Source of the DNA: Vicugna vicugna
Taxonomy: Eukaryota
NCBI GenBank assembly: GCA_013265495.1
Contig: MU061538.1
Span: 1,180,001 to 1,244,000, forward strand
Reading direction: 5' to 3'
Length of the DNA stretch: 64,000 bases
This document shows, piece by piece, positions 40,971-52,254 of the stretch (positions are counted from its first letter, which is position 1; each line of letters opens with the position of its first letter). A program made the position numbers and the translations under genes. The notes beneath the pieces were generated by a model. The model saw only the letters and a program-made list of their open reading frames with translations. It searched no databases and was not told the origin of the DNA.

Positions 40971-42573
40971 TCTAAAACGCGTCCTTCCACACAGAAGAGA
41001 CTCTGGAAACTGTTCTTCTGGATCCCGTTCCCCTCAAGGCTAGTGGGAGAATTTGGAACTGACCCTTTCGTTTTTAGACAAGGGTGTAGCTTAGGAAGAC
41101 AAGAGTCCACAATATGCCGGGCTGGGATGGAGAGAAACAGTAAACTGTTGAAGTCACGCAAGGAGTGGTACTGAGGGGAAGATGAGAAAGGAATTAACCC
41201 AAAATGTGCGTCTATGGGTCAGCACCTAACATTCAGTCTGTCCACCAAAGGAGCTTACTAAGAGTGCGTACAGAGTGAGAAAAGCAGAATGAGCAGAGTA
41301 AGGACAGTGGAGAGGGGGCTGTGAGATCTCCTGGGCTGAGCAGCTGCCAAGATCCCTGAGAAGCTGGGTGGCAGTTTCTACTGCAACGTCTCCCCGTTCC
41401 CCTTCAATTCTGGCATCGAGAGGAGCACGAAGGACAATTCCATCATGACAGTCTAGGCTGGAGAGATGGTAGAAGGTACTTAAAATGCTGAAAGATCACA
41501 ACCAGAATCTTCCGCTTTCAAAATGCCAACCCCTGGCAGAACATAGTTCACGTCATCTTAAAGATTGCTTACTAACCATAGCTAGCTACCTGCAGTCTAC
41601 AATTTTATCTCAAGTGTCTGCAGTGTAAGCCACTGTGATTAACGTCAAGATAAGGGCTTTTAAAAACTGTGCCCCTTTTAAGTCCGATAGTGTCATTAAA
41701 TTTCAGCATTAGAAACTATATTCAAGTATTTAGTAAAACTTCATTTTTTTTGAGGTCTAGTCCAACTTAATTCTAAAGTGAGAAAGTATATCCAGAGATT
41801 AGCGCCTCCTCCAAACCTGTGTGATCAGTCTGTGGTAGTGGTAGGGTTGGAAACAATCCGCATCCAGTACTAAGAGCTAAAGTTAATAGGAATATTCTTT
41901 CTTTGTAAATTCCATTGTTAACAATTAGTTAAAAGAAGTAGGGCTTGGTGACAAAAAATACCATTGTGGTGCCAAAGTAATTAGTTACCGATTTGTCAGA
42001 GTGACTTTAAACTAATTAATAAAGTTGCCTGTTAAAAACACAGGCACACAAGAGAAACATACAGTGTTTAAAAGATGACCCGACACACTGTCCTGTTAGC
42101 CTTCGTATCTTAGGAAGTCCTTGTTTTGAATTTTTGAGGAGTCTCCTCCTAGATGGCCACAAGCACAAACAGACGTAGAGCTGCAGGCCTCCCGTCCCCG
42201 GTGTCCGGGGCGCTGGCTCCGGGGCCCGCGGGCCCGCCCGCAGTCAGCCCGCCGTGCCCTCGGCTCCCCGCGCCCCCGGATTCAGCCCCCCGGGGGCGGG
42301 TCATGCGGCGGGGCATCCGGGCTGAAAACGCCGGGGGCGGCACGTCGGGGGGGCCAGCAGCTCAAACCCTGCTGGCCGGGTGCCAACCGTGGGCGCCCTT
42401 TTGTAACGGGCAGCGCGGCGGAGTTCAGACCGACGTCCTGGGCCCTCCCAGGGGGTGGCCCCAGCACGTAGCCGCCCTGGAGGCCCGCGGACCCCAGTCC
42501 CGGCCGCCCCGCCCCTCCCTACCCCACCTGGGGCCGCACCTGCGCCGGGTACCGACCCGCCCTTCGCACTCAC

Positions 42574-42640
42574 ACCGCGACCTGCGCCTCCGCCGTTGCC
42601 CAGCAACCGCCGCCCCGCCGGTCACGCGCCAGTGCGCATG
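42574..42640 (-). other. RNF32: Probable RNF32 non-coding exon 1 (5' end not defined)
   Basis: GTGAGT donor on the - strand (actcac at 42568-42573) inside the CpG island, downstream of the NRF1-like array. Confidence 0.5.
42595..42607. promoter_or_regulatory. RFX X-box motif GTTGCCCAGCAAC
   Basis: Fits the RFX consensus GTNRCC-N(0-3)-RGYAAC and is near-palindromic. Confidence 0.7.
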
Positions 42641-43600
42641 CTCAACGGCCCGGTCCTGCCTTGCGCACGGCGCCCCCAGGACGCGCTGGGACTCCGCTGC
42701 ACTGCGCATGCTCGCCGGCCCCGCCCCGCGCTCAGCCCCACCGCACATGCTCCCCGGCTCTGCCCTGCGCACAGTACTGACGCCTAGTCGCCCATGCGGC
42801 GCTTTCACACTGCGCATGGTCGGCTGCGGCGCGCCGCCCGGCGCCTCGCCGCGCACGCTCGCCAGCCCTGCCCTGCGCAGGCCGCTCTGCGCATGCTCGC
42901 CGGCCGGGCGCGCTCGCGCAGGTGCCGGGGGCGGAGCCAGCGGCGCGGGCTCGGGTGGTAGGATTGCCCCTCACCTGGGCGCCGCTGTGGCTCCGCAGTG
43001 CGGCTGGGCCCCTCGCCCTGCCTGGGTCGGGGCCTGGAGACTCAGGCCACTTGGTCTCCCTTCTCTCGTGGACCCGGCCCTGCACTGCCTGTTGTCCAGT
43101 GTCCGAAAACCCCTCTTGTATATAATTTGTCTGATTTTTTTAGTTGTTGGAGGTAAGAGCTTAAATCTGATCCCCAGCCCTTCATCGTGGCCAGACGCAG
43201 AAGTCAGTAGACGTTTGAGGCAGTGACTCAGTCGTGCTATTTAAACTTACTTTTTACTGAAATAAAGTTAGGCTGAAAGGACAAAAATCGTATAAAATGC
43301 AAATATAACTCCCCCCGTTTCTTACTTCTCTGAAAGTGAGGTCTAAAGAAGTTACCAACTACTTGATTGGAAATTGGTCATTGATCGTTAAAGACCTAAA
43401 AGTTAAAATGCTTGATGTAGTTTTGGAATAAATCACACTATATTGATGAAACAAGAAAATCCGAAGCTTCACTTAAGATAATATTTATCCTAGAGAAATT
43501 AAATTTTGTAAGATGGCCTCTCTTTTGGAAGTTTGTACAAAGAGACTAAAAACGGGCTAAGTTTTTTTGGTGAGCCAAATTAAATTCATAATAAAGTTAG

Positions 43601-43679
43601 TTTTTTTTTAACGGAGTTACTGGGGATTCAACCCAGGACCTTGTGCAAGCTAAGCACTATCACGGAGCTATGCCCTCCC
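43601..43679 (-). mobile_element. tRNA-derived SINE, vic-1-like (camelid)
   Basis: The reverse complement reads gggagggcatagctccgtgatagtgcttagcttgcacaaggtcctgggttgaatccccagtaactccg plus an A tail. It has A/B-box-like segments, and aagtta-like flanks suggest a target-site duplication. Confidence 0.8.
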
Positions 43680-43839
43680 GGTTAAGTTAATTTTAAGTTA
43701 ATCTTTCACATGATGGTTCAGACTTTTCCAACAAATATTGTCATCTTTGTTTATGTTCCAATTGGTGATGGGCCTAGAAGACAACAAAAGGCCTCTGGCC
43801 TTGAGGATGTTGTGCTCTGCGACTCTGTGTGTGTGTGTT

Positions 43840-44212
43840 TTAACTGAAGTACAGTCAGTTGTAGCATGTCAGTCTCTGGTGTACGGCATCATGTCCCAGT
43901 TACGCCTATAAACATATACGCATATGTATACACACACGCTTTTGTTTTCATATTCTTTCATTAAAGGTTATTACAAGATCTTGAATATAGTGCCCTGTGC
44001 TGTACAGAAGACATTTGTTTTTTTGTCTATCTTATATATAGTAGTTAATATTTGCAAATCTCAAAGTCCCTTCCCACCCTCTTTCCCCCGTAAGATTGTT
44101 TACTATGTCTTCATGTCTGTTTCTATTTTGTAGATGAGTTTGTTAGTGTCCTGGTTTTTTTCTTTTTTAGATTCCACACATGAGTGATATCATATGGTGT
44201 TTTTCTTTCTTG
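43840..44212 (-). mobile_element. Camelid-type L1 3'-end fragment with probable target-site duplication
   Basis: Same family as 26780-27175. Flanked by tctgcgactct (~43816) and tctgtgactct (~44214). Confidence 0.85.
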
Positions 44213-44399
44213 TTCTGTGACTCTCAAGTGTTGGTACAGCATGGAGGAGAGTGGGGAAGCTTTGGATTTAGACAGGCAGATCTTACTCTGGGGTCCTTCT
44301 ACATAAAGAGGACATTTCTTACTTCTCCCCTCAGCATCCATTCGCCCCTCTCCACCAAGAGTCTGGGGATTCCTCAGTCCTGGGATGGAACATACAACT

Positions 44400-44830
44400 A
44401 GCCTCAGCTGATCAGAGAATCTCAGTGCACGATGAAGCCTTGGCTGCATGATGCATGCAACTGAAATGGGCATATGACCTACAGGGGCTAATCAGATGGA
44501 CTCCATGTGTTTGTCGGAGATACTGGAAAATTCCTTTAATTCTTCCTCCTGATTGTAGGAGCAAGAAAAGATGTGAACCTGCAGCTGTGCTGGCTATCTT
44601 GTCATCACGAGGTGAGAGCCCGAAGCTGCTGGGAGCCATCCGTGAACCTCAGAAGGAGGGTTACACAGGAAGTGGCAGGGATCTGGACGGAGTCCAAGCC
44701 CTCGTGATGTAGTTTAAGCCCCGAAGCTAGCCCTGCTCTGAGTCTTTTCACTCACCTGAATGAGAAAATTCCCTTTATGCTCCAGCCAGTTTGGGTCTGG
44801 TTTTCTGTTTCTTGTACCAGGAAGGATTCA
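44400..44830 (+). mobile_element. MLT1-like (ERVL-MaLR) LTR relic
   Basis: gctatcttgtcatcacgagg...aaaattccctttatgctccagccagtttgggtctggttttctgtttcttgtacc is a typical MLT1 3' end. Confidence 0.65.
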
Positions 44831-45439
44831 GGTGATCAGTAGGTATACTGTTACCACCTTTGGGCTCTGGTGAGACTGAGACGTCATGTATGTGTGAACC
44901 ACTTAGCACAGTGCCTGCTAACCTTTATACCCATTTTAAGGTATTTTATTGAACTTCTTCAAGATCTAAGAAAAATTCCCGTTTAAAAAATTCCTTCCCT
45001 CCGCCCAAGTGTTTACAGTTTTGGGATAGTTTTACTACCTGCATGTTACTGATCTGAAAGAAATTGGTCTTTCTTGTTGGCTGCACAGAATATTTCTCTG
45101 CAGGCATTTGCATGGAAGTTTCATCTTGCAGTTATGACTCTGTAATTCCTGACAGAGCAGGGCTGACATGGCTGGTATTTGAAGATGCTACAGGGACACA
45201 TCCCTCACTGCTCCCCCAGGGAGTGTCTTCTGGCCCTCGTCAGAAGGTGACATTCTGGACTAGGAAGGCTTGTCACCGTGGGTAACCTGCCTGTCTCACT
45301 CCCCAGTCGTGCTCTCAGTGATGTCTAGCTTAATGTTTGCTTTCAGCGTTTTCGTCTGTTTGTCTAAAGATGGGCCTAAGAAGTTGCCATACGTGGAGTG
45401 TGTCTGCATCCTCTGAAACCTTTATGGAGTGCGTTCTCC

Positions 45440-45998
45440 ATGTCGAGCCGAAAGACACTATCAAGCCGAAGAGCGGAGGGGGAAGGATGCACCCCGCAGC
45501 AAGTATGGAGGACACTGGGGTGCGTCCCGGAGCAGCGTCTCCCTGGCCCGCAGGACTCGGGAGGCATGAGGCTAAGGGTACGTGCGTATTCCTGGAGGGC
45601 CTTGAGCAAAGCAGAGTTCAGCCCTGGGTCAGGGCAGGGTCATCGGGGCTCAGGGCTCATTTGGTTGAAGTCATAAGAGTCTTTCAGGGGCAACACTGTC
45701 ATTCCATCCTGTACCAGCGGGGTGGGGGTTAATTCCTGCAGAACAACTTAGAGATAAGTTTCAGATCACGTACATCCCTTGAGGAGGAACTAGGGCTCCG
45801 TTCTATCGCTGAGGTATTGTTTCTTGACTGCTTTTCCTTTGTTCCTGCACCCCTCATGCCCCTTAAGATCGTTAGTTACTGGGACCTGTTCACAGGTCGG
45901 CATGGTGGCCGGGCTTCGGTCACACATGGCTTCTCTGTGTCAAGGATGCCGTGCTTGGTTCTCTTTCTTTGGGGGCCCCCTACCCTAACTGCTTATAC
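45440..45998 (-). mobile_element. ERV1-class solo LTR (probable)
   Basis: tg start, then catcccttgaggaggaactagg...ttgtttcttgactgcttttcctttgttcctgc...cccttaagatc...ccctaccctaactgctta, resembling antisense laurasiatherian ERV1 LTRs. Confidence 0.6.
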
Positions 45999-46349
45999 TC
46001 ATGTGATTTATTTATTTTAGACTTTCAGAAACATGAATTGGATGTTCTGGGAATGGTCTGAAGAGAAAGGACTGGAGAGGAGATTAGAGGCACGTGGAGG
46101 GCCGAGCTGGGTGGGGGTGCTCTGCCTGGTTGCACAGAGAGGGACCTGCACGTTCCCAGAAGGAGCAGGCTGCTTCCGCTGCCCCCTGTGCTGAAGAAGC
46201 CAGCCTCCTGTGTGGTGCTGCGGTTTAGAGGTGATGCTCACAGCTCTCAGAGGAGGGCAGCCAGAGGCGGGAAGGGCTGGCTGTCCAGCGGGAAGCGTTC
46301 ACGCGAGAGAGAATCTTGTCTGCACTTTGTGTAGCAGACATGCAGGTAT

Positions 46350-46795
46350 CACTGGGTCCAGGCTTGTACTGCTCACTGCACGACAGGCCGGTGAGTCGAG
46401 AGGCGAGGCGTTGGGGCGAGGAAGAGCAACTGTATTCAGGAAGCCAGCAGACTGAGAAGATGACGGACTAGTGTCCCAAAGAGCCGTCTTGCCGGAGTTG
46501 GAGTTCAGGCTCCCTAGAAGGGGTGGGGGTTTTGCAGACATCTTGGTGCTGGCATCCTTTGCTCACAGCCTTCCTGTAAATCTTCAGCAAGATAACTGTT
46601 ATTTTCTCTTCTGCAACTTTTTATCTCTATATGAATGGAAGGTCGAGCCTGGAACGGGCTGTATTTCAGGCCATAGGCAGCATTCTTTTACAAAGGTGCA
46701 GAGTCAGTGCAGCCAAACCCCGCAACGGAGCACCAGGGTCAGAGCCAGAGGAGCAGGCCCACTGTGGCGGCAGGTCCGTTCTTCTCGGCCACACG
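46350..46795 (-). mobile_element. ERV1-class solo LTR (probable)
   Basis: gcacgacaggcc...gagaggcgaggcgttggggcgaggaagagcaactgtattcaggaagccagcagactgagaagatg...ttcctgtaaatcttcagcaagataactgttattttctcttctgcaactttttatctctatatgaatggaa, ending ...ggccaca. Confidence 0.6.
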
Positions 46796-48109
46796 GGGGA
46801 GGTGTCCACACACAAGGAGTGGCAGTGGGCGCCTGTCCGCTGCTTGGAGATGAGGTTTCCCACTGTTACACCCGAGACGGGTCCTTGGCTTCTAGGGGTG
46901 GGAAAGCGTGGACGCGTAGTGCAGGATGTCCGCGTGGGCTGAGCTGGCTGGTCTGCGCTGGTGCACTCTCGCGTCTCTCTCTGGCTACCTACGGCAGGTT
47001 CTTAGTCCCACTCGGTGCATGTCCTGCCCTGCCTCTCTGAACACAGCCCTTGATGCCAAAATAACCCCGAGGAGTCAGAGTCAGTGGCACAAAGTCCATC
47101 TCCTTTAACCTAGCGCTCCATTCTGACCTCACTGGGAACGCCTTCCCTTCAGGTCGTGTGTCTTAATCTTTAGTATTGCCTTCAACTTTCTGCAAACATT
47201 TCTAGATTTATTATCAATTTCTATTCCTAAACGTGCTTCCACCCGAGTCCCTCTTCCAAATAACTCACAGCCTTCCTGTGTCCTGCAGTACGCGGGGTCC
47301 AGCAGGTGCTGGGGAATCTGCAGCCTTCCCGGGTTAGCCCCGCAGTGGCTGTCCTGCAGGATTCAGGTGCACCAGTGGGGACACTTTCCAAAATGTTCCC
47401 TTTCCTAGAGGTCATACTAGAGTTTTGTTTTGTTTGTAACAAAGGAATGAAAGAGAGATTGAGTTATTCCATCTCTCCTGGCAGAGTGCAAAGCCATGTT
47501 TTCACCTCTGTGACTAGAGGCACAGTGATCGCGTCATCCCCGGTGAGGCTGAGGCAGCTGCAGAGTCACGTGCAGGGAAGCGCCTGCCGCGCGGACACGG
47601 GGAGTCCCTCGCCTGTGATTATAAAGTCATGGGTGTAGCAGAGGGCTCCTTTCAAAACTTGCTTTCTGAATAGAAAAGGGAGCAAATTCATTCCTTGTTG
47701 CAGAATTCGGGGTATTTAGAGTTGCTTTATCGCCCTGGGGAAGGAGAGTATCCTGTTATGATCTAATGGCTGATGTGATAAAGATGCTCACGCCAGCTGC
47801 GCTGTGATCGTCATGCACCAGACACTTTAAACCCTGCCAAGATCAATGATGCGTATTCACTGTGGTTTGGGTGGTGGCGACTCTCCTCAGACACCTGTGA
47901 CCTCTCTTCCCTAATCAACAGCTTTGGAAGGTGCGTGAAAGCATCCCAAGGGCCAGGTCACTAGTAGAAGCGCCCCAGAAGCCTGGGAGGTGACTGTGTG
48001 CTGGTTTCTCATCACGGCTGGAGCGCAGTTTCTCTGAAATTTGAATCAGCTGATGCTCTGGTAAGTTCATGCAGGATTCCATCCTGATTGAATCCAGAAA
48101 AGTTTTTTT

Positions 48110-51100
48110 TTAATTAATAGATTTTATTTCTTTAATAAAATTTAGGGCAAATTAAGCATATAATACAGAGTATTTCTGTACAGTTTCCCCAATATTAATG
48201 TCTTCCATTTATATGCTATATTTGTCCCAATTGACCAACCAATGTTGCTACATTCTGATTAACTGAAGTGTAGAATTCACTTCTCCTTTTGTATAGTTGT
48301 AAAGGTTTTGACAACTGCATAATATCATGTGTCCGCAGTTACAGTATCAGAGAATTTCACCGCCCTAAAAATCTTTCCCCCCTTCCCCCAGAACCTCTGG
48401 CAATCACTGAGCTTTTTACTGTCTATGGTTTTGACTTTTCCAGAATGTCACAGAGTTGGAATTATACAATATGTAGCCTTCTCAGGCGTCTTTCTCTTCG
48501 CAATACGCATTTAAGGTTCCTTCATGGTTTTTTACGGCTTGATAGCTCACATCCTTTTGTTGCTGGGGAATCTTGCATTGTCTGGATGTACATCGTCTGT
48601 TCACCACTCACCTACTGAAGGACACCTTGGTGGCTTCCAAGTTTTGGCAATTATGAACACAGTTGTTGTAAACCTTTGTGTGCAAGGTTTTGTGTAGACA
48701 TACACTTTCAACTCATTTGGATCACTGGATTATGTGAAGACTATGTTTAGCTTGGTAAGAAACTACGAAACGGTCTTCCACAGTGTACCTTTGAATCCTC
48801 ACAAGGTCTGCGTCCTCATCGGTACCACTTGATATTGGAAGTTATTTGAATTTCAGTCACTTTAATAGGTGTGCAGTGGTATCTCATTTTTGTTTTAATT
48901 TGCAGCTCCCTTACGACATACGATGTTGAGTATTTTTCATATTCCTATTTGCCGTCTGTGTATTTACTTTGGTGAGGTGTCTGTTCAGATTTTTTTGTCC
49001 ATTTTTAAAAACAAATTGCCTTTGTATTGTTGAATGGTAAGAGTTCTTTGTGTATTTTGATTATAAATTGATTATTAGTTACGTGTTTTGCAAAGATTTC
49101 CTCCTGATCTGTGTCTTGTCTTTTTCATTCTCTTAACTGTGTCTTTATCAGAGCAGAGGTTTAAATTTTAATAAAGTCCATCTTAAAACACTTTTTTCTT
49201 TCATGGATTTTGCTTTTGGTGTTGTTATTAGACAGCCATTGCCAAAGCCAAGGTCACCTAGATTTTCTCAAAGGCGATCTTCTAGAAGTTTATAGATTTG
49301 CATTTTGCATGTAGGTGTATTATCCGTTTGGAGGTAATTTTTGTGAAAGATGTAAGGTCTGTGTCTAGACTCTTTCTTCCTTCTGGGCTCTCTGGTCTGT
49401 TCCACGGATCTGTCCTTTCTCTCGCCGATGCCACATTACCTTGATTACTGTAGCTTTGCAGCAAGTCTTTATATTGGGAGATGTGGTGCCTGAAGTTTGT
49501 TCTCCTTCAGTATCGTGTTGGCTATTCTGGATCTTGTGCCTTTTCAAATACACTGTGGAATCAGTTGGTTGATTGTCACAAAATAACTACCTGGGATTTG
49601 GATAGCGTTGGATCCATAGATCAAATTGGGAAGAACCACTGTTTTAAACACATTGTCTTCCTATCCATGGACATGGAATATCTGTTTATTTAGATCTTTG
49701 ATTTTTTTCATCAGAGTTTTATAGTTTTCTGTAATAGATCTTATACATATTTTATTAGATTGGTATCTAATTATTTCATTTTTATTGGAGCTAATGTACA
49801 TAGTGTTCTGTTTTTAATTTCAAATTCCACTTGTTTATTGCTAGTATACAGGAAAGCAACTGACTTCTGTATATTAACATTGTATTCTGCATCGTTGCTA
49901 TAATTGCCTGTTAGTTCTGGGAGGTTTTTGTTTTTTGTTTTTTTTTGCTAGTTCTTTGGGATTTTCTACGTAGCCAATTATGTCATCTGAAGACAAAGAC
50001 AGTTTCATGTCTTCCTTCCCAATCTCTATATGTTTACTATTTCCTTTTCTCATATTATTACCAGGACTTGCAGTGTGATGCTGAATAGTGCGGTACAAGG
50101 AAGCATTCTTGCGTCTTCCCCCAGCAGGAGGGCCAAGCGTCTTGCTTCTCACAGCTGCGTCTGATGTTCGCTGCAAGTCTTCACAGATGGTCTTTGTCCG
50201 CTGAGGACGTTACCTTCTCTTCCTCGTTCGCTGAGAGCTCTTATCATGAACGGAGGCTGGATTCTGTCACATGCTTTCCCTGCACCTGCTGATGGGCTCA
50301 TGTGGTTTTCTCCTTTAGGCCTCTCCTTGTCGTGGCGTGTGATTCTTTTCGCCCATCGTCGGACCCTGTTTGCTAACAGTTTGTTGAGGAATTAGCGTCT
50401 GTGCTCACGAGGGATATTGTCTGTAGCTTTCTTTTCTTATAATATCTTTATCTGGTTTGGGCGTCAGGTGCTGCTTCTGTTTTTCAGGATGAGATTGTGG
50501 AGAATTTGTGTGATTTATTCTTTGAAGGTTTGGCAGTGAGGAACTCTGGGCCTGGTGCTTACGTTGTTGGGCAGGTTGTTAACTGCTGAAGCAGTGCCTT
50601 AAATACAGCCCTATGCAGATCACCTGTTCCTCTTCTAATTCTTTTTGTTAGATTGTATCTTTCAAAGAATTGGTTCGTTTCACGTAAGCTGTCAAATTTG
50701 TGGGTGTAGAGATGTTCATAACATTCTTTTACTATTTTTATACGTCCAGTGGGTCAGTGGTGATCTATTAATGACCCTATTTGAATTTCTGATGACTAAC
50801 TCCTACCTTCTTGCTTCTTTCCTTGGTTAGGGATTTACATTTTATTGATCTTTTTAAAGTACCAGCTTTGGATTTGATGACTTTCTTTATTGTTTTCCTG
50901 TTTTCAATTCCATTGATTTCTGCTCTTTTATTCTTTCCTTTCTTCTTCTGAATTATATTTTCATATTCACTTAGTTTAAAATATTTTTAAAAAATCTCTT
51001 GAGACTTTTTCTTTGATTCAAGTCTTATGTAGAAATGTAGTTTCTTCTCCAAACATGTTGGCACTTTCCAGCTACGCTTCTGCTACTGAGTTCTAGTTTA

Positions 51101-52250
51101 ATTCTAGAATGTGGTCCATCTTGGGGAGTGTTCCATGTGAACTTGAGAAGAATGTACATTGTGCTGTTGTTGAGTGAAGTACTCTTTAAATGTCAGTTAG
51201 ATTCGGGGATTGGTGGTGCTGGTCAGCTCAGCTGTGGCCTTATTAACTGGATCTGTGTTAATGACGGGAGGCCGTTGAGCTCTCCCACCGTAACAGTGGA
51301 TGCAGCTATTTCTTCGTGCAGAGCTGGAAGTTTTTGCCTCACGTATCTGACACTGCTGTTAGGTACACACACTGCAGAGGTAGTTATGTCTCCTTGCAGA
51401 CGTGACTGTTTGTCGTTATGTACTGCCCCCCTCGTCCTTGCCAACCGTCCTTGTTCTAGTCAGCTTTGTCTGAGGTTAATACGGCTTCTCCAGCTTTCTT
51501 TTGATTAGTGTTCTCCGTCCCTTTACTGTTGTTAATCTAGCATTGTCTTCCTGTAAAAGCGGGTTTCTTTTAAACAACGTATAGTTGACTCTTTTTTTAA
51601 TCCACTTTGTCAGTCTCTGTGTTTTAATTAATGTATTTAGACCATTCACCTGTAGAGTCATCCTTATATAGTTGGACTCATATTTATCACATTTATGCGT
51701 TCTATTTTTGCACTTGTTCTTTGCTTCTTTTTGATCTTTCTCTCTTTTTCCTTCCTTCTGTGGTTTTAATTGAGCATTTTATATGATTTGATTTTCTCTC
51801 TGTTCTTAGTATATCAATTATACTCCTTTTAAAAACTATTGCAGTGGTTGCCCTAAAGTTTACCATGTACATTTACAACGGATGTAAACCCAATTTCAGA
51901 TAACAGCCCTGCTTCCTGGATGTGAGTAGCCCCAGTGCCCGTGTCCCATCCCTTGTAGCATTGCTGTCGTTCATGTCACCTGTCTGTGTGCTATCAATCA
52001 CTCAGTACACCGCTCCTTTGTAATTGTATTGGACAAACAACAAATCTGTTAGATCAATTAAGAATATGAAACATGAAGATTGTCTAACAATCTTCTTTTT
52101 CTTTAAGCAGATCTGCGTTTCTGATCGCTATCCCGTTCCTTCTTTCTGAAGAAACTCTTTCATCATTTCTTACAAAACAAGTCTACCAGGAGCAAATTCC
52201 TTCAGTTTTTTTTTCTTGTTTGTCTGAAAAAGTCTTATTTCTTTATCATT
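48110..52250 (-). mobile_element. Old LINE-1 (3'UTR through ORF2 to the endonuclease N-terminus), degenerate
   Basis: Continuous antisense L1 text. ORF 51476-51661 (-) TLQVNGLNTLIKTQRLTKWIKK matches the L1 endonuclease start; ORF 49898-50176 (-) contains KLSLSSDDIIGYVENPK (RT FADD region). Confidence 0.9.
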
Positions 52251-52254
52251 TAAA

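Larger units (their letters stand above)
42160..43100. promoter_or_regulatory. CpG island / RNF32 promoter (possibly bidirectional)
   Basis: Very high GC and CpG density ~2 kb upstream of the RNF32 ATG exon. It contains GC boxes (ccgcccc, ggggcgg), repeated TGCGCATG motifs and an RFX X-box. Confidence 0.9.

Noticed and set aside
42153..43226. 357-aa + strand ORF over the CpG island
   Set aside because: Low-complexity Pro/Ala/Arg/Gly product with no recognisable domain. Long open frames are expected in very GC-rich DNA, and several frames are open here.
43611..43679. tRNA gene
   Set aside because: It has A/B-box-like segments but also an internal deletion, a poly(A) tail and duplicated flanks, so it is a SINE.
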